Positions 18,856 to 30,598 of a stretch of 33,607 nucleotides of DNA are shown here, one piece after another (within the stretch, counting starts at the first letter, position 1; each line of letters starts with the position of its first letter). The notes under the pieces are model-generated. The model saw nothing but the letters and a program-made list of their open reading frames with translations. It searched no databases and was not told the DNA's origin. The translations under genes and the position numbers were made by a program. The DNA is from an uncultured Eubacteriales bacterium (lineage in GTDB: Bacteria > Bacillota > Sulfobacillia > Fermentithermobacillales > Fermentithermobacillaceae), in assembly GCA_964646835.1 (NCBI GenBank), contig CAZYFG010000001.1, positions 1 through 33,607 of the forward strand, written 5' to 3'.

Positions 18856-20943
18856 ATGCCGAGGACATTTCCGCTGGAGAGGATCCGCAACATAGGTATC
18901 ATGGCTCACATCGATGCGGGAAAGACAACCACCACCGAGCGGATCCTGTTCTACACGGGAAAGGTGCATAGGATGGGTGAAGTCGATCAAGGCTCTGCAG
19001 CCATGGACTGGATGATCCAGGAGCAGGAGCGGGGAATAACCATCACCTCCGCCGCTACGACCTGCTATTGGAAAAACTGTCGAATCAACATTATAGATAC
19101 TCCAGGGCACGTTGACTTCACGGCGGAGGTGGAACGGAGCCTCAGAGTGCTGGACGGCGCCGTAGCCATATTCTGCGCCAAGGGCGGCGTCGAACCCCAA
19201 TCCGAGACGGTATGGCGTCAGGCCGACAAGTACAAGATCCCCCGTATCGCCTACATCAACAAGATGGATTCAACAGGCGCCGACTTCTTCCGCTCCGTGA
19301 GGATGATCAAGGACCGCTTGGGTGCCGAACCCGTGGTTATCGGTCTCCCAATAGGTTCGGAAGAAGGCTTCTCCGGGGTCCTGGACCTCATTGAGATGCA
19401 GGCCTTCCATTGGGTTGATGAGATGGGGCTGGAGATCGAGAAGCGAGAGATCCCGGAAGACCTCAGGGAGCTGGCTGAGGAGTACAGAGAGCGCCTCATT
19501 TCGGCCGCGTCGGACTATGATGAGGCCGTGCTGGAAGCCTATCTGGCAGGCGACGAGCTTTCAGGCGAACTCCTAAGAGGAGCTCTCCGCAAGGGCACTC
19601 TGAGAAACGCCATAGTCCCTGTGTTGCCCGGGTCTTCTTTCAGGAAGAAGGGCGTTCAGGCCCTTCTAGATGCCATCGTCGACTATCTCCCTTCGCCCAC
19701 GGACATACCTCCCGTGGAAGGGCATTTGCCGGTGACCGGCGAGACCGTCTGCAGGAAAGCCTCGGATGATGAACCTTTCAGCGCTCTGGCGTTCAAAGTG
19801 ATGACCGATCCGTACGTAGGGCGGCTGACGTACTTCCGCGTGTACTCGGGCTCCGTCAACGCGAGGTCCTACGTATACAACGCCACCAAAGGGAAGAACG
19901 AGAGGTTCCAGCGGCTCTTGCTCATGCACGCGAACCACCGCGAGGATGTGGATGAAGCCCTTGCAGGTGACATCGTTGCTACTGTGGCTTTGAAGTTCAC
20001 GACGACCGGGGACACCCTCTGCGATGAGAAACACCCGATTTTGCTTGAGGCTATCGCCTTCCCGGAGCCTGTGATCCAAGTCGCCATTGAACCCGCAACC
20101 AGGGCCGACCAGGACAGACTCTCCATATCCCTGCAGAAGCTTGCCGAGGAAGACCCAACCTTCTCCTACAAGTCTGACCAGGAGACCGGCCAAACCCTTA
20201 TCGAGGGGATGGGTGAGCTGCATCTGGAGATCATCAGCGACCGTCTCCTCCGCGAGTTCGGCGTCACGGCTACGGTGGGGCGGCCCCAGGTGGCCTACAA
20301 GGAGACGGTGACCGGGGAGATTAGGGGCGAGGGCAGGTACGTCCGTCAGACGGGCGGCCACGGCCAGTACGGCCATGCCAAGATCAAAGTCGAGCCTCTA
20401 GGCCGGGGCCCGGGCTTCGAGTTCGTGAGCGCGGTGAAGGGCGACGTCATTCCGGCCCCCTTCATTCCGGCAGTTGAGGCCGGCGTGAAGGAAGCGCTGG
20501 AGAGCGGGCCGCTCATCGGGAACCCTGTGGTTGATGTCAGAGTGACTCTTGAGGATGGGTCCTATCATGAGGTAGACTCGTCTGAGTTGGCGTTTAAGGT
20601 CGCGGGTTCCATGGCACTCAGGGATGCGCTTTCCAAAGCCAAGATGGTTCTCTTGGAGCCCGTCATGAAGGTTGAGGTAACCACTCCCACAGACTACTTG
20701 GGGGAGGTGCTTGCCGATCTGAGCGCCCGCAGAGGGCAGATCCAAGGCATCGAGAGTAGAGACGGTTACGAGGTCATTGACGGTTCGGCCCCGCTTGCTT
20801 CCATGTTCGGGTATGCCACCGACCTAAGGTCCAGGACTCAGGGTCGGGGCACTTACACAATGCAGTTTCGGAGTTACGACGTAGTTCCGCCCAACGAGGC
20901 GGACAAGATCATCGCCCGGTACCTCGGGCGGCCAGTGGAATAA
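18856..20943 (+). CDS. fusA: elongation factor G
   Basis: [37 protein letters not shown], 695 aa. Confidence 0.98.
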   Translation: MPRTFPLERIRNIGIMAHIDAGKTTTTERILFYTGKVHRMGEVDQGSAAMDWMIQEQERGITITSAATTCYWKNCRINIIDTPGHVDFTAEVERSLRVLDGAVAIFCAKGGVEPQSETVWRQADKYKIPRIAYINKMDSTGADFFRSVRMIKDRLGAEPVVIGLPIGSEEGFSGVLDLIEMQAFHWVDEMGLEIEKREIPEDLRELAEEYRERLISAASDYDEAVLEAYLAGDELSGELLRGALRKGTLRNAIVPVLPGSSFRKKGVQALLDAIVDYLPSPTDIPPVEGHLPVTGETVCRKASDDEPFSALAFKVMTDPYVGRLTYFRVYSGSVNARSYVYNATKGKNERFQRLLLMHANHREDVDEALAGDIVATVALKFTTTGDTLCDEKHPILLEAIAFPEPVIQVAIEPATRADQDRLSISLQKLAEEDPTFSYKSDQETGQTLIEGMGELHLEIISDRLLREFGVTATVGRPQVAYKETVTGEIRGEGRYVRQTGGHGQYGHAKIKVEPLGRGPGFEFVSAVKGDVIPAPFIPAVEAGVKEALESGPLIGNPVVDVRVTLEDGSYHEVDSSELAFKVAGSMALRDALSKAKMVLLEPVMKVEVTTPTDYLGEVLADLSARRGQIQGIESRDGYEVIDGSAPLASMFGYATDLRSRTQGRGTYTMQFRSYDVVPPNEADKIIARYLGRPVE

Positions 20944-20963
20944 AAAGGAGGATCAATCAGCAA

Positions 20964-22166
20964 ATGGCCAAGAAGAAGTTTGAGAGAACCAAGCCGCATG
21001 TCAACGTCGGTACGATTGGACACATCGACCACGGCAAGACCACCTTGACCGCAGCCATCACGAAAGTAATGGCTAGCAAGGGGCACGCCGAGTTTACCCC
21101 GTTCGACAAGATCGACAAGGCTCCCGAAGAGAAGGCCAGAGGCATCACCATTTCGGCTTCTCACGTGGAGTACGAGACCCCCAACAGGCACTACGCCCAC
21201 GTGGACTGCCCGGGGCACGCTGACTACATCAAGAACATGATCACCGGTGCCGCCCAGATGGACGGCGCGATCCTTGTTGTGTCCGCTGCCGACGGCACCA
21301 TGCCCCAGACCCGTGAGCACGTACTGCTTGCCCGTCAGGTTGGCGTTCCCGCCATGGTCGTGTTCCTGAACAAGGTCGACTTGGTCGACGACGAAGAGCT
21401 CCTTGAGATCTCCGAACTCGAGGTCAGGGACCTTCTCTCCAAGTACCAGTTCCCCGGCGACGAGGTGCCTGTCATCAGAGGTTCGGCTCTGAAGGCCCTT
21501 GAGTGCGGTTGCGGCAAAGATGATTGCCCGTGGTGCAAAGGGATCATCGATCTCATGAACGCCGTTGACAGCTACATTCCGACTCCCGAGCGCGCCGTCG
21601 ACAAGCCGTTCCTGCTTTCCGTCGAAGACGTGTTCACCATCACCGGACGCGGCACAGTCGCCACCGGAAGGATCGAGCGCGGAGTCATCAAGCCCGGCGA
21701 TACGGTCGAAATCGTAGGGCTTACCGAGAAGCCCAGGCAGACGGTTTGCACCAGCGTCGAGATGTTCAAGAAGATCCTGGACCAGGGCGAAGCCGGAGAC
21801 AACGTCGGCTGCCTCCTGAGGGGTATCGCCAAGAACGAGGTCGAGCGTGGCCAGGTACTGGCTAAGCCCGGAACCATCAAGCCCCGCAAGAAGTTCAAGG
21901 CCCAGATCTACGTGCTCACGAGAGAAGAGGGTGGCCGTCACACCGCGTTCTTCACCGGCTACAGGCCCCAGTTCTTCTTCAGGACCACCGACGTCACCGG
22001 CGCGGTACAGCTTCCCGAAGGTGTCGAGATGGTAATGCCCGGCGACAACGTGACCATCAATGCCGAGCTTATCTCCCCCATCGCTATTGAAGAGGGAGTT
22101 CGCTTCGCTATCCGTGAGGGCGGCAGAACAGTAGCGTCAGGAGTAGTAACCCAGATCGAGGAGTGA
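20964..22166 (+). CDS. tuf: elongation factor Tu
   Basis: [38 protein letters not shown], 400 aa. Contains an unusual [11 protein letters not shown] cluster. Confidence 0.98.
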   Translation: MAKKKFERTKPHVNVGTIGHIDHGKTTLTAAITKVMASKGHAEFTPFDKIDKAPEEKARGITISASHVEYETPNRHYAHVDCPGHADYIKNMITGAAQMDGAILVVSAADGTMPQTREHVLLARQVGVPAMVVFLNKVDLVDDEELLEISELEVRDLLSKYQFPGDEVPVIRGSALKALECGCGKDDCPWCKGIIDLMNAVDSYIPTPERAVDKPFLLSVEDVFTITGRGTVATGRIERGVIKPGDTVEIVGLTEKPRQTVCTSVEMFKKILDQGEAGDNVGCLLRGIAKNEVERGQVLAKPGTIKPRKKFKAQIYVLTREEGGRHTAFFTGYRPQFFFRTTDVTGAVQLPEGVEMVMPGDNVTINAELISPIAIEEGVRFAIREGGRTVASGVVTQIEE

Positions 22167-22171
22167 TCGTT

Positions 22172-22483
22172 TTGAGGAGGCAGCGAATCCGGGTTAGACT
22201 TCGGGCTTTTGACCACGAAGTCCTGGATCAGTCTGCGGGCCGAATTGTTGAGACCGCCAAGAGAACCGGCGCGCTCATCTCAGGCCCGGTCCCGCTTCCG
22301 ACCGAGAGAAGCGTCTATACCATCCTCACTGCCCCCAACGGAGAGAAGGACATCCGCGAGCAGTTTGAGATGAGAGTGCATAAGAGGCTCATTGACATCA
22401 TGGAGCCAACGACCAAGACCATGGACGCGCTCACGAGACTCGATCTTCCTGCAGGGGTAGACATCGAGATCAAGAGTGTATGA
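22172..22483 (+). CDS. rpsJ: 30S ribosomal protein S10
   Basis: [47 protein letters not shown] 22172 lies 9 nt after GAGGAG. The alternative GTG 22163 overlaps the tuf stop codon. Confidence 0.95.
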   Translation: MRRQRIRVRLRAFDHEVLDQSAGRIVETAKRTGALISGPVPLPTERSVYTILTAPNGEKDIREQFEMRVHKRLIDIMEPTTKTMDALTRLDLPAGVDIEIKSV

Positions 22484-22515
22484 ACCAAGCTTCGTGATGG
22501 AGGAGGTAGCGTGCT

Positions 22516-23142
22516 ATGAAGGCCATCCTCGGCAGAAAGCTCGGGATGACCCAGGTGTTTCAGGATAATGGGGAGCTCGTACCCGTTACCGTCATTGAAG
22601 CCGGTCCGTGCACAGTCGTTGAGAAGAGAACTCTTGACAAGGACGGATACCTTGGCGTTCAGCTGGGATTTGGTTTCGTGAAGGAGCGCGAGCTTTCCAA
22701 GCCCGTACTGGGTCAGTTCAAGAAGAGAGATCTGACTCCGGTCAAGTTTCTCAGGGAAGTCCGCGTCGGAGAAGACGAGAAGCTGGAGATCGGCGACGAG
22801 GTCAAGGTTACGGTTTTCAAGTCAGGTGATGTGGTCGACGTAAGCGGCAGGTCCATTGGCAAGGGCTTCGCCGGCGTCATCAAGCGTCACAACTTCAGGC
22901 GGAGTGCCATGGCCCACGGGTCCAAGTACCATCGCGGGGTGGGTTCTCTGCAGTCGAGAGACGCTTCCAGGGTGTTCCCGGGCAGGAGACTGCCGGGTCA
23001 CATGGGAGACGAGAATGTGACGGTAACCGGCCTTAAGGTCGTGAGCGTGGATCCTGAGAAGAACCTGCTTCTCATTAAGGGTGCTGTCCCTGGCGCGAGG
23101 GGTTCCCTCGTTACGGTCAAAGCATCATCACGGCAAGGTTGA
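22516..23142 (+). CDS. rplC: 50S ribosomal protein L3
   Basis: [15 protein letters not shown]...[10 protein letters not shown]. Confidence 0.98.
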   Translation: MKAILGRKLGMTQVFQDNGELVPVTVIEAGPCTVVEKRTLDKDGYLGVQLGFGFVKERELSKPVLGQFKKRDLTPVKFLREVRVGEDEKLEIGDEVKVTVFKSGDVVDVSGRSIGKGFAGVIKRHNFRRSAMAHGSKYHRGVGSLQSRDASRVFPGRRLPGHMGDENVTVTGLKVVSVDPEKNLLLIKGAVPGARGSLVTVKASSRQG

Positions 23143-23165
23143 GACGAGGTTAAGGAGGGATCCTC

Positions 23166-23789
23166 GTGCCACAGGCAGAGGTTTTCAGTCCAAAAGGTGA
23201 AAAGGTCGGCGAGATTGGCCTTCCCGAAGGGTTGTTCGGGGCCAATCCCAACAAGAGCTTGATAAGGGCCGCCGTGCTTGCTCACCTGAACGCGTCCAGG
23301 GTCGGCACTGCCAAAGCCAAGACCCGGAGCGAGGTGCGGGGCGGCGGGCGGAAGCCTTGGAGGCAGAAGGGACTCGGTCGCGCCCGAGCGGGCACCATCA
23401 GGTCTCCTTTGTGGAGACACGGTGGAGTGGTTTTCGGTCCTCACCCCAGGGATTACAGCTGGGAGCTTCCCAAGAAGGTTAGGAGGCTGGCCCTTAAGTC
23501 GGCTCTTTCGGCGAAAGCCAAGAACGGTGAGATCACGGTCTTGACCGGCCTTACGATGGCCGCGCCCAAGACTAAGGACCTTTACGGTTTCCTCCAGAAG
23601 ATGGGGGTAGTCGACAGCGTCCTTATCGTCACCGGCGATCACGAGCCCACCGTAGTCTTGTCGGCCAGAAACATCCCGGGCGTAAGGGTGACCACCGCCA
23701 GGGAGCTTTCGACCTACGAGACCATGCTCAAGAAGCACATTCTCATCACCGAGGATGCGGTGAGAAAGCTGGAGGAGGCGCTCACATGA
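23166..23789 (+). CDS. rplD: 50S ribosomal protein L4
   Basis: GTG start. RGGGRKPWRQKGLGRARAGTIRSPLWRHGGVVFGP. Confidence 0.98.
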   Translation: MPQAEVFSPKGEKVGEIGLPEGLFGANPNKSLIRAAVLAHLNASRVGTAKAKTRSEVRGGGRKPWRQKGLGRARAGTIRSPLWRHGGVVFGPHPRDYSWELPKKVRRLALKSALSAKAKNGEITVLTGLTMAAPKTKDLYGFLQKMGVVDSVLIVTGDHEPTVVLSARNIPGVRVTTARELSTYETMLKKHILITEDAVRKLEEALT

Positions 23790-24076
23790 ACCTTACGGCG
23801 AGAGATATCATCATCGAGCCTCTGGTGACTGAGAAGACCAATGAGGCCATGGGCTTGGGGACATACACCTTCAGGGTGCACCCCAATGCGACCAAGGCCG
23901 ATATCCACAACGCTGTGGAAGCCATATTCAAGGTGAGGGTCGTGAAAGTGAACACCATGAATGTGGTCGGCAAACCCAGAAGGATGGGCCTGAGGACCGG
24001 CCGCACGCCTTCGTGGAAGAAAGCAATAGTGAAACTGGCGCCCGGTCAGAAGATCGAGTTCTTCGAGGGTGTGTAG
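23786..24076 (+). CDS. rplW: 50S ribosomal protein L23
   Basis: IIIEPLVTEKT...YTFRVHPNATKADI. ATGA overlap with rplD. Confidence 0.97.
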   Translation: MNLTARDIIIEPLVTEKTNEAMGLGTYTFRVHPNATKADIHNAVEAIFKVRVVKVNTMNVVGKPRRMGLRTGRTPSWKKAIVKLAPGQKIEFFEGV

Positions 24077-24088
24077 GAGGGAGACTGA

Positions 24089-24916
24089 ATGCCTGTAAAG
24101 AGCTATAAGCCAACCTCCCCCGGTCTTCGTGGAAGGTCGGCAAGCACTTTCGAAGAGATCACAAAGACTGCTCCCGAGAAGTCTTTGATCTTCTCGAAAA
24201 AGAAGAGTTCTGGCCGCAACAGTCAAGGCAGGGTCACCGTTCGTCACAGGGGCGGCGGTGCCAAGAAGAAGGTCAGGATTGTGGACTTCAAGCGGTCCAA
24301 GGACGATATCCCGGCCAAGGTCACGGCCATAGAATACGATCCCGGCCGGTCTGCCAGGATCGCGCTCCTTACCTATGCCGATGGTGAAAAGCGGTATATC
24401 GTGGCTCCGCTCGGCTTGAGCGTGGGCGATGTCGTGAAGTCAGGGCCAAATGCCGACATCAAACCCGGGAATGCACTGCCTTTAGACAACATCCCCACCG
24501 GTACCATGGTGCACTGCGTGGAGATGGTCCCTGGCAAAGGCGCCCAGATAGCCAGGAGCGCCGGAGCGGCGGTCCAGCTTATGGCAAAGGAAGGCGGCTT
24601 CGCTCTCTTGCGCCTCTCTTCGGGCGAGCAGCGCAAAGTCCCTGTCATGTGCAGGGCTACAATTGGCCAAGTCGGCAACGTCGAGCATGAGAACACGTCC
24701 CTGGGCAAGGCGGGCGCCAATCGCCACAGGGGATGGCGTCCCACTGTCCGAGGTGTTGTCATGAACCCGGTCGACCACCCGCACGGTGGCGGCGAAGGCA
24801 AGTCGCCCGTGGGGCTCCCCGGGCCGCTCACGCCTTGGGGCAAGCCGGCACTTGGCTACAAGACCAGGAAGAAGAACAAGGCTTCTGACAAGCTCATTGA
24901 GAAGCGCAGAAAGTAA
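24089..24916 (+). CDS. rplB: 50S ribosomal protein L2
   Basis: [15 protein letters not shown]...[19 protein letters not shown]. Confidence 0.98.
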   Translation: MPVKSYKPTSPGLRGRSASTFEEITKTAPEKSLIFSKKKSSGRNSQGRVTVRHRGGGAKKKVRIVDFKRSKDDIPAKVTAIEYDPGRSARIALLTYADGEKRYIVAPLGLSVGDVVKSGPNADIKPGNALPLDNIPTGTMVHCVEMVPGKGAQIARSAGAAVQLMAKEGGFALLRLSSGEQRKVPVMCRATIGQVGNVEHENTSLGKAGANRHRGWRPTVRGVVMNPVDHPHGGGEGKSPVGLPGPLTPWGKPALGYKTRKKNKASDKLIEKRRK

Positions 24917-24937
24917 ACGAGGAAGGAGGGGGCGATT

Positions 24938-25222
24938 GTGAGCCGGTCGGCAAAGAAAGGACCGTATGTTGACGCCAAGCTCTTGGAGAAGATACGCGCC
25001 ATGAACCAGAAGGGCGAGAAGCGCGTGCTAAGGACCTGGGCCAGGGCTTCTACCATAGTCCCGGAGATGGTGGGTCATACCATCGCGGTGCACGACGGAA
25101 GGAAGCACGTCCCGGTCTACATCACCGAGGACGCCGTTGGCCACAAGCTGGGCGAATTCGCTCCCACACGGACATTCAGAGGTCACGGAGCGCACACAGA
25201 GCGTTCCACCGCTTTGAAGTAA
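24938..25222 (+). CDS. rpsS: 30S ribosomal protein S19
   Basis: GTG start. [11 protein letters not shown]...[19 protein letters not shown]. Confidence 0.98.
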   Translation: MSRSAKKGPYVDAKLLEKIRAMNQKGEKRVLRTWARASTIVPEMVGHTIAVHDGRKHVPVYITEDAVGHKLGEFAPTRTFRGHGAHTERSTALK

Positions 25223-25241
25223 GGGGGTTACCGAGGTAGAC

Positions 25242-25583
25242 ATGGAAGCCAGAGCGATAGCAAGGCACCTGAGGATATCCCCCTCCAAAGTGAGGATCGT
25301 GGCCAATCTTGTGCGGGGGAAAGCGGTAAAAGAGGCGTTGGCGATTCTCAAGTTCACTCCCAAGCGGGCTTCTCACCTTATCCAAAAGGTGATCGAGTCG
25401 GCCGCGGCCAACGCCGAGAACAACCTTGAGATGAACAAGGACGCCCTCGTGGTGTCAGAGATATATGTGGACCAGGGGTCCACCCTGAAGAGGTACCATC
25501 CTCGTCAGCGAGGGCAAGCCTTTGCGATTCAGAAGAAGACTTCTCACATCACGGTTGTAGTCCGGGAAAGAGAGGAGGGTTAA
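25242..25583 (+). CDS. rplV: 50S ribosomal protein L22
   Basis: [27 protein letters not shown]...[19 protein letters not shown]. Confidence 0.98.
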   Translation: MEARAIARHLRISPSKVRIVANLVRGKAVKEALAILKFTPKRASHLIQKVIESAAANAENNLEMNKDALVVSEIYVDQGSTLKRYHPRQRGQAFAIQKKTSHITVVVREREEG

Positions 25584-25585
25584 TC

Positions 25586-26263
25586 GTGGGACAGAAGACT
25601 CATCCGAAGGGGTTACGCCTTGGAGTCATCTACGACTGGGACTCCAGGTGGTTTGCCCGGAAGAAGAACTTTTCAGAACTCCTCCTCGAAGATAAGAAGA
25701 TCCGGGATCATGTGAAAGGCAAGCTCGGCCAGGCCGGTATCTCCAGGATCGAGATCGAGAGGAAGCCCCAAGAAGTCACCGTGACGGTACACGCGGCCAA
25801 GCCCGGCGTCGTGATCGGCAGGGGCGGCACCGGTATCGAAGCTCTTCGCAAAGAGCTGGTGGAGCTTACCGGCAAGAAGAAGGTCATCCTTCACGCTGTT
25901 GAGGTCAAGAACCCCGAGATCGACGCACAGCTCATAGCCGAGAACGTTGCCGATTCAATTGAGAGGCGCGTGTCCTACAGGAGAGCGATGAAGCAGGCCA
26001 TCATGCGGGCCATGCGCTCCGGTGCCAAGGGTATCAAGATCAGGGCTTCAGGACGCTTGGCCGGCGCGGAGATCGCCCGTCGCGAGAGGGCCGGCGAAGG
26101 CACCGTTCCGCTGCATACCTTGCGTGCGGACGTTGACTACGGGTTTGACGAGGCGCACACCACGTATGGCCGTATCGGTATCAGGGTGTGGGTGTACAAA
26201 GGTGATATCCTCCCACAGAAAACCAGAACGGCTCAGCAGGCCGCAGCCGAGGGAGGGAAATAA
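25586..26263 (+). CDS. rpsC: 30S ribosomal protein S3
   Basis: GTG start. [24 protein letters not shown], plus a KH domain. Confidence 0.98.
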   Translation: MGQKTHPKGLRLGVIYDWDSRWFARKKNFSELLLEDKKIRDHVKGKLGQAGISRIEIERKPQEVTVTVHAAKPGVVIGRGGTGIEALRKELVELTGKKKVILHAVEVKNPEIDAQLIAENVADSIERRVSYRRAMKQAIMRAMRSGAKGIKIRASGRLAGAEIARRERAGEGTVPLHTLRADVDYGFDEAHTTYGRIGIRVWVYKGDILPQKTRTAQQAAAEGGK

Positions 26264-26266
26264 GCC

Positions 26267-26731
26267 ATGTTGATGCCCAAGAGAGTGCGGTGGCGAAAGC
26301 AGCACAAGGCTCCCTATGAGGGCAAGGCCAAGAGGGGCAGCGAGCTCTTCTACGGTGAGTACGGTCTGCAAGCTCTGGAAGGGGCCTGGATCACCGACAG
26401 GCAGATCGAGGCAGCCCGCGTGGCGCTCACCCGTTCCATCAAGCGTGGAGGAAAGGTTTGGATCAGGATTTTCCCCGACAAGCCGATGACGAAGAAGCCC
26501 GCCGAGACCCGTATGGGCAGCGGAAAGGGAAATCCGGAGTCATGGGTGGCGGTAGTGAAGCCAGGGAGGATCCTGTTCGAGATCGCCGGCGTGTCCGAAG
26601 CCGATGCCAGAGAAGCTCTCCGGCTCGCGGGCACCAAACTGCCCGTCCACACCAAGTTCCGGATGCGGCAGGAAGCCCAAGGAGAGGCACAAGATAAGGC
26701 GGTGAACAACGATGAAGGTGCAGGAGATTAG
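26267..26731 (+). CDS. rplP: 50S ribosomal protein L16
   Basis: [14 protein letters not shown]...[25 protein letters not shown] short acidic C-terminal tail overlaps rpmC by 20 nt. Confidence 0.97.
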   Translation: MLMPKRVRWRKQHKAPYEGKAKRGSELFYGEYGLQALEGAWITDRQIEAARVALTRSIKRGGKVWIRIFPDKPMTKKPAETRMGSGKGNPESWVAVVKPGRILFEIAGVSEADAREALRLAGTKLPVHTKFRMRQEAQGEAQDKAVNNDEGAGD

Positions 26732-26921
26732 GGATCTGAATGACAAGGACTTGGAGAAGAGGCTGGACGACCTGAAGGAAGAGCTCTTCAACCTGCGCTT
26801 TCAGATGACCACCGGACAGCTTGACAATGTCATGCGCCTCCGGGAAGTTAAGCGGTCCATCGCCAGGGTGAAGACGGTTCAGCGCCAGCGCGAGCTAGGC
26901 AAGCTCGCCCAGGAGGTCTAG
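26712..26921 (+). CDS. rpmC: 50S ribosomal protein L29
   Basis: [37 protein letters not shown]. Confidence 0.96.
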   Translation: MKVQEIRDLNDKDLEKRLDDLKEELFNLRFQMTTGQLDNVMRLREVKRSIARVKTVQRQRELGKLAQEV

Positions 26922-26923
26922 AT

Positions 26924-27199
26924 ATGGAACGCGGAATGCGCAAAGAGATGACGGGCGTGGTCGTTTCTGACAAGATGGACAAGACCCGCGTCGTGGCCAT
27001 TGAGACTTGGAAGACCGTACCGAAGTACAGGAAGAGGGTGCGCTCAACCAGGAAGGTCAAAGCGCACGACGAGGAAAACTCGGCAGGCGTTGGCGATCTG
27101 GTCCGCATCGTGGAGTCCAGACCCTTCTCCCACGACAAGAAATGGCGGGTGGCCGAAGTCCTCCAGAAGTCCAAGGGCGCCGGGGGTGACCAGAAGTGA
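26924..27199 (+). CDS. rpsQ: 30S ribosomal protein S17
   Basis: [17 protein letters not shown]...[33 protein letters not shown]. Confidence 0.97.
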   Translation: MERGMRKEMTGVVVSDKMDKTRVVAIETWKTVPKYRKRVRSTRKVKAHDEENSAGVGDLVRIVESRPFSHDKKWRVAEVLQKSKGAGGDQK

Positions 27200-27564
27200 T
27201 CCAGCAGGAGACGAGGCTCAAGGTGGCTGACAACACCGGGGCCAGAGAGATCATGTGCATCAAGGTTCTGGGCGGAGCCCTCCACCGGTACGCCGGACTG
27301 GGTGACGTCATTGTGGCCTCGGTAAAGGAGGCCACTCCCGGAGGCGTTGTCAAGAAAGGACAGGTCGTCCGGGCGGTAGTCGTGCGGACCACCAAGAACG
27401 TGAGACGCAGGGATGGCAGCTATATCAGGTTTGACGATAACGCCGCGGTCATTCTAAGGGACGACAAAGAGCCGCAGGGCACCCGCATTTTCGGGCCTGT
27501 GGCGAGGGAACTCCGGGAGAAGCACTTCGCGAAGATCGTATCCCTGGCTCCCGAAGTCCTTTAA
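27196..27564 (+). CDS. rplN: 50S ribosomal protein L14
   Basis: GTGA overlap start. [27 protein letters not shown]. Confidence 0.98.
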   Translation: MIQQETRLKVADNTGAREIMCIKVLGGALHRYAGLGDVIVASVKEATPGGVVKKGQVVRAVVVRTTKNVRRRDGSYIRFDDNAAVILRDDKEPQGTRIFGPVARELREKHFAKIVSLAPEVL

Positions 27565-27586
27565 GGATCCCTAAGGTGGTGTGAGG

Positions 27587-27901
27587 ATGAACATTCGTAA
27601 GGACGACACCGTACTCGTCATAAGCGGGAAGTACCGGGGTAAGAAGGGGAAGGTCGTAAGGGCGATGCCGGCCGTGAACCGCGTTGTGGTTCAGGGCGTC
27701 AATCTCAGGAAGCGTCACCGAAGACCCAGCAAGGATCTGCCTCAGGGCGGCATAGTCGAGGCCGAGGGACCCATTGACAGGTCCAACGTTCTTCTCGTGT
27801 GCCCGAAATGCGGAAAGCCTACCCGGATCGGAGCCCGAATTGCCGGAGAAGGCAAGAAGGTCCGAACATGCCAGAAGTGCGGCGAAGCCATTGACAAGTG
27901 A
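27587..27901 (+). CDS. rplX: 50S ribosomal protein L24 (C-terminal CxxC...CxxC form)
   Basis: MNIRKDDTVLVISGKYRGKKGKV (KOW), with CPKCGKPTRIG...CQKCGEAI at 27800-27880. ATG 27587 lies 7 nt after AAGGTGG. The ORF-track GTG at 27581 is an alternative start. Confidence 0.96.
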   Translation: MNIRKDDTVLVISGKYRGKKGKVVRAMPAVNRVVVQGVNLRKRHRRPSKDLPQGGIVEAEGPIDRSNVLLVCPKCGKPTRIGARIAGEGKKVRTCQKCGEAIDK

Positions 27902-27906
27902 GGTAG

Positions 27907-28449
27907 ATGGACGTGGCGCTAAAGGAAACCTATCGTGACGAAGTCATTCCGGCGATGACGAAGGCTTTCAATTACAAGAACGTTCTTCAAGTGCCCAAGG
28001 TCACGAAGGTCACCATCAATATGGGAGTAGGAGAGGCAACCCAGAACGCCGACGCTCTGGAAGCTGCCGCATCCGATCTCGCCAAGATCGCCGGTCAGAA
28101 GCCTGTCATCACCAAGGCCAAAAGGTCCATATCGGCGTTCAAGGTGAGAGCGGGCATGAACGTGGGGTGCAAGGTCACTCTTCGGGGACAGCGGATGTAC
28201 GACTTTCTCGAGAAGCTGTTCTTCGTCGTTCTCCCCCAGGTAAGGGACTTTAGGGGCGTGTCGCCCGACGGGTTTGACGGGCGCGGCAACTACTCTCTGG
28301 GCCTCAGGGAGCAGCTCATATTTCCGGAGATCGACTACGACAAGGTCTCCAAGGTGAGAGGTATGAACATCACCATCACCACAACTGCCAAGACCGACGA
28401 AGAGGGTTTGTACCTCCTCAAGGCATTAGGCATGCCGTTCAAGAGGTAG
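27907..28449 (+). CDS. rplE: 50S ribosomal protein L5
   Basis: [40 protein letters not shown]. Confidence 0.98.
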   Translation: MDVALKETYRDEVIPAMTKAFNYKNVLQVPKVTKVTINMGVGEATQNADALEAAASDLAKIAGQKPVITKAKRSISAFKVRAGMNVGCKVTLRGQRMYDFLEKLFFVVLPQVRDFRGVSPDGFDGRGNYSLGLREQLIFPEIDYDKVSKVRGMNITITTTAKTDEEGLYLLKALGMPFKR

Positions 28450-28460
28450 GGGGGATATAG

Positions 28461-28646
28461 ATGGCAGGGCTAGCCAAGATTCTGAAAGCGCAGAAAGAGC
28501 CAAAGTACCGGACCCAGCGGTTGAACCGCTGCAAGATCTGCGGCAGGGCGCATGCCTACATCCGCAAGTTCGGAGTCTGCCGGCACTGTTTCCGGAATTT
28601 GGCCCACAGGGGAGAGATCCCCGGCGTGACCAAGGCCAGCTGGTAG
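28461..28646 (+). CDS. rpsZ: 30S ribosomal protein S14 type Z (zinc-binding, 61 aa)
   Basis: [39 protein letters not shown]. Confidence 0.97.
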   Translation: MAGLAKILKAQKEPKYRTQRLNRCKICGRAHAYIRKFGVCRHCFRNLAHRGEIPGVTKASW

Positions 28647-28659
28647 GAGGGACGTTACC

Positions 28660-29055
28660 ATGACACATGATCCAATTGCGGATATGCTGACTCGGCTCCG
28701 CAACGCCGGCATGGCCAGACACGAGAAGGTGGAGCTACCGGCATCCAAGATGAAGGAGCGAGTGCTGAAAGTCCTGAAGGACGAGGGGTACATCAGGGAC
28801 TTTGAGGTAGTCGCTGAGAAACCGGTACCCAAGATCAAGGTGTACCTGAAATACGGGCCCGGGAAGAAGCGGGCAATTACCGGGATCAGGCAGATATCCA
28901 AGCCCGGACTTCGCGTCTACGCGCCGAAGGACGAGATTCCCAGGGTGTTGGGCGGTCTCGGCATCGCCGTGGTCTCGACTTCCAAAGGGGTCATGACTGA
29001 CCGTTCGGCGAGAGAATTGAGACTCGGGGGCGAAGTGATCTGCTACGTCTGGTAA
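28660..29055 (+). CDS. rpsH: 30S ribosomal protein S8
   Basis: [30 protein letters not shown]. Confidence 0.98.
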   Translation: MTHDPIADMLTRLRNAGMARHEKVELPASKMKERVLKVLKDEGYIRDFEVVAEKPVPKIKVYLKYGPGKKRAITGIRQISKPGLRVYAPKDEIPRVLGGLGIAVVSTSKGVMTDRSARELRLGGEVICYVW

Positions 29056-29071
29056 GCGGGAGGTCTTTATC

Positions 29072-29608
29072 GTGTCACGAATCGGACTAAAACCAATACC
29101 GGTCCCCAAGGGAGTCACGGTGTCCCGGGACGGAGACACTCTGACCGTTAAGGGCCCCAAGGGTGTCCTCTCACGGACGTTTCACCCCGAGATGGCGGTT
29201 AAGGTGGAAGCAGACCAAATACTGGTCGAAAGGCCCTCGGACGAGAGGCTTCACAGATCGCTCCACGGCCTTACCCGGACTCTCATCGCAAATATGGTGC
29301 ACGGTGTGACTGAAGGATATGAGAAGACGCTGGAGATCTCGGGGATGGGGTATCGCGCCTCCAAATCAGGCGACAAGGTCGTGCTCAACTTAGGCTTCAT
29401 TAAGCCGGTTGAGATTGTCCCTCCCCAGGGTATTGAGATAACGGTGAACAGCCCCACGTCCGTCACCGTGAGGGGCATAGACAAAGAGAGAGTCGGGCAA
29501 CTGGCGGCCGAGATCCGCGCCCTCCGTCCACCTGAGCCGTACCAGGGTTCCGGTGTCAAATACGCTGGCGAGAAGATCAGGCGCAAGGTCGCCAAGGCGA
29601 CGAAGTAG
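29072..29608 (+). CDS. rplF: 50S ribosomal protein L6
   Basis: GTG start. [16 protein letters not shown]...TVKGPKG. Confidence 0.98.
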   Translation: MSRIGLKPIPVPKGVTVSRDGDTLTVKGPKGVLSRTFHPEMAVKVEADQILVERPSDERLHRSLHGLTRTLIANMVHGVTEGYEKTLEISGMGYRASKSGDKVVLNLGFIKPVEIVPPQGIEITVNSPTSVTVRGIDKERVGQLAAEIRALRPPEPYQGSGVKYAGEKIRRKVAKATK

Positions 29609-29631
29609 GCCGCTCGAGGAGGATTGACCCT

Positions 29632-29997
29632 ATGGCTTTGAAGACTAAAGAAGAGAAGAGACAGAGGCGCCACCTTAGAGTGCGGAAACGCGTCATAGGC
29701 ACGGCCGAGCGGCCCAGACTGTGCGTGTTCAGGAGCGGGAAGCACATCTACGCCCAGGTGATCGATGACACCTTGCAGCGGACTCTCGTAGCCGCTTCCT
29801 CCGTCGAACCCTCGTTTAGGGAAAGCAAGACGTCCGGAGGGAACGCGAAGGGAGCTGCCGAGGTAGGGAAGCTCCTTGCCGAAAGGGCCCTGGAAAAGGG
29901 GCTCAAGAAGGTTGTCTTCGACCGTGGCGGATACCTCTATCACGGAAGGATTAAGGCGCTTGCGGAAGCCGCCAGAGAGGGCGGTCTGGACTTTTAA
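29632..29997 (+). CDS. rplR: 50S ribosomal protein L18
   Basis: [20 protein letters not shown]...[27 protein letters not shown]. Confidence 0.98.
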   Translation: MALKTKEEKRQRRHLRVRKRVIGTAERPRLCVFRSGKHIYAQVIDDTLQRTLVAASSVEPSFRESKTSGGNAKGAAEVGKLLAERALEKGLKKVVFDRGGYLYHGRIKALAEAAREGGLDF

Positions 29998-29998
29998 G

Positions 29999-30598
29999 AT
30001 GCGGGGTGATTACTTGGTGAATTCCAGCCGGCAAAGAAGGGGCCGTGAGGACAGGTCATCGAAAGACCTGCCCCTTGAGAGGCCTCAAGAAGAGTTTAGA
30101 GACGAAGTAGTAAGCGTCGGACCTGTATCTAAGACCGTCAAAGGCGGCCGCAGGCGCAGCTTCCGCGCGCTGGTTGTCGTGGGCAACGGAGACGGTAAAG
30201 TTGGGGCGGGGCTCGGAAAAGCCCTGGACCTCACCGATGCCATCAGAAAAGGTATTGATGATGCCAAGAAGAACCTCATCGAGGTTCCCCGCCACGTGAG
30301 CACCATCACCCACGAAGTGATAGGCCGTCATGGAGCAGGGATGGTGCTTCTCCGCCCCGCTTCCCCGGGTACCGGCATCATCGCCGGACGTGGCGTGAGG
30401 CCGCTCATGGAGCTCGCGGGCATTCAGGACGTATTGGCCAAGTCTCTCGGTTCGGCCAACCCGTACAACGTGGTTTACGCCACAATTGACGCTCTCAAGC
30501 AGCTCCGCACCGCGACCGAGGTAAGGGAGATCCGCGGGAAGGTCAAGAAGGCGGAAGCCAGAGCGGAATCGGAGGTCGGAGTTAATGGAATTGCATGA
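29999..30598 (+). CDS. rpsE: 30S ribosomal protein S5 (N- and C-terminally extended)
   Basis: [38 protein letters not shown]...[19 protein letters not shown]. The start is ambiguous: ATG 29999, or GTG 30017 lying 7 nt after GGGGTGA. The ORF-track start at 29876 overlaps rplR and is not homologous. Confidence 0.93.
   Translation: MRGDYLVNSSRQRRGREDRSSKDLPLERPQEEFRDEVVSVGPVSKTVKGGRRRSFRALVVVGNGDGKVGAGLGKALDLTDAIRKGIDDAKKNLIEVPRHVSTITHEVIGRHGAGMVLLRPASPGTGIIAGRGVRPLMELAGIQDVLAKSLGSANPYNVVYATIDALKQLRTATEVREIRGKVKKAEARAESEVGVNGIA

Noticed and set aside
27800-27880. The L24 CxxC...CxxC, S14 type Z, L33 C+ and adenylate kinase Cys4 lid as novelties.
   Set aside because: Zinc-ribbon (C+) versions of these proteins are well known. 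As I recall, Thermus L24 has the same motif, as do Gram-positive adk lids. They are recorded only in the feature evidence.
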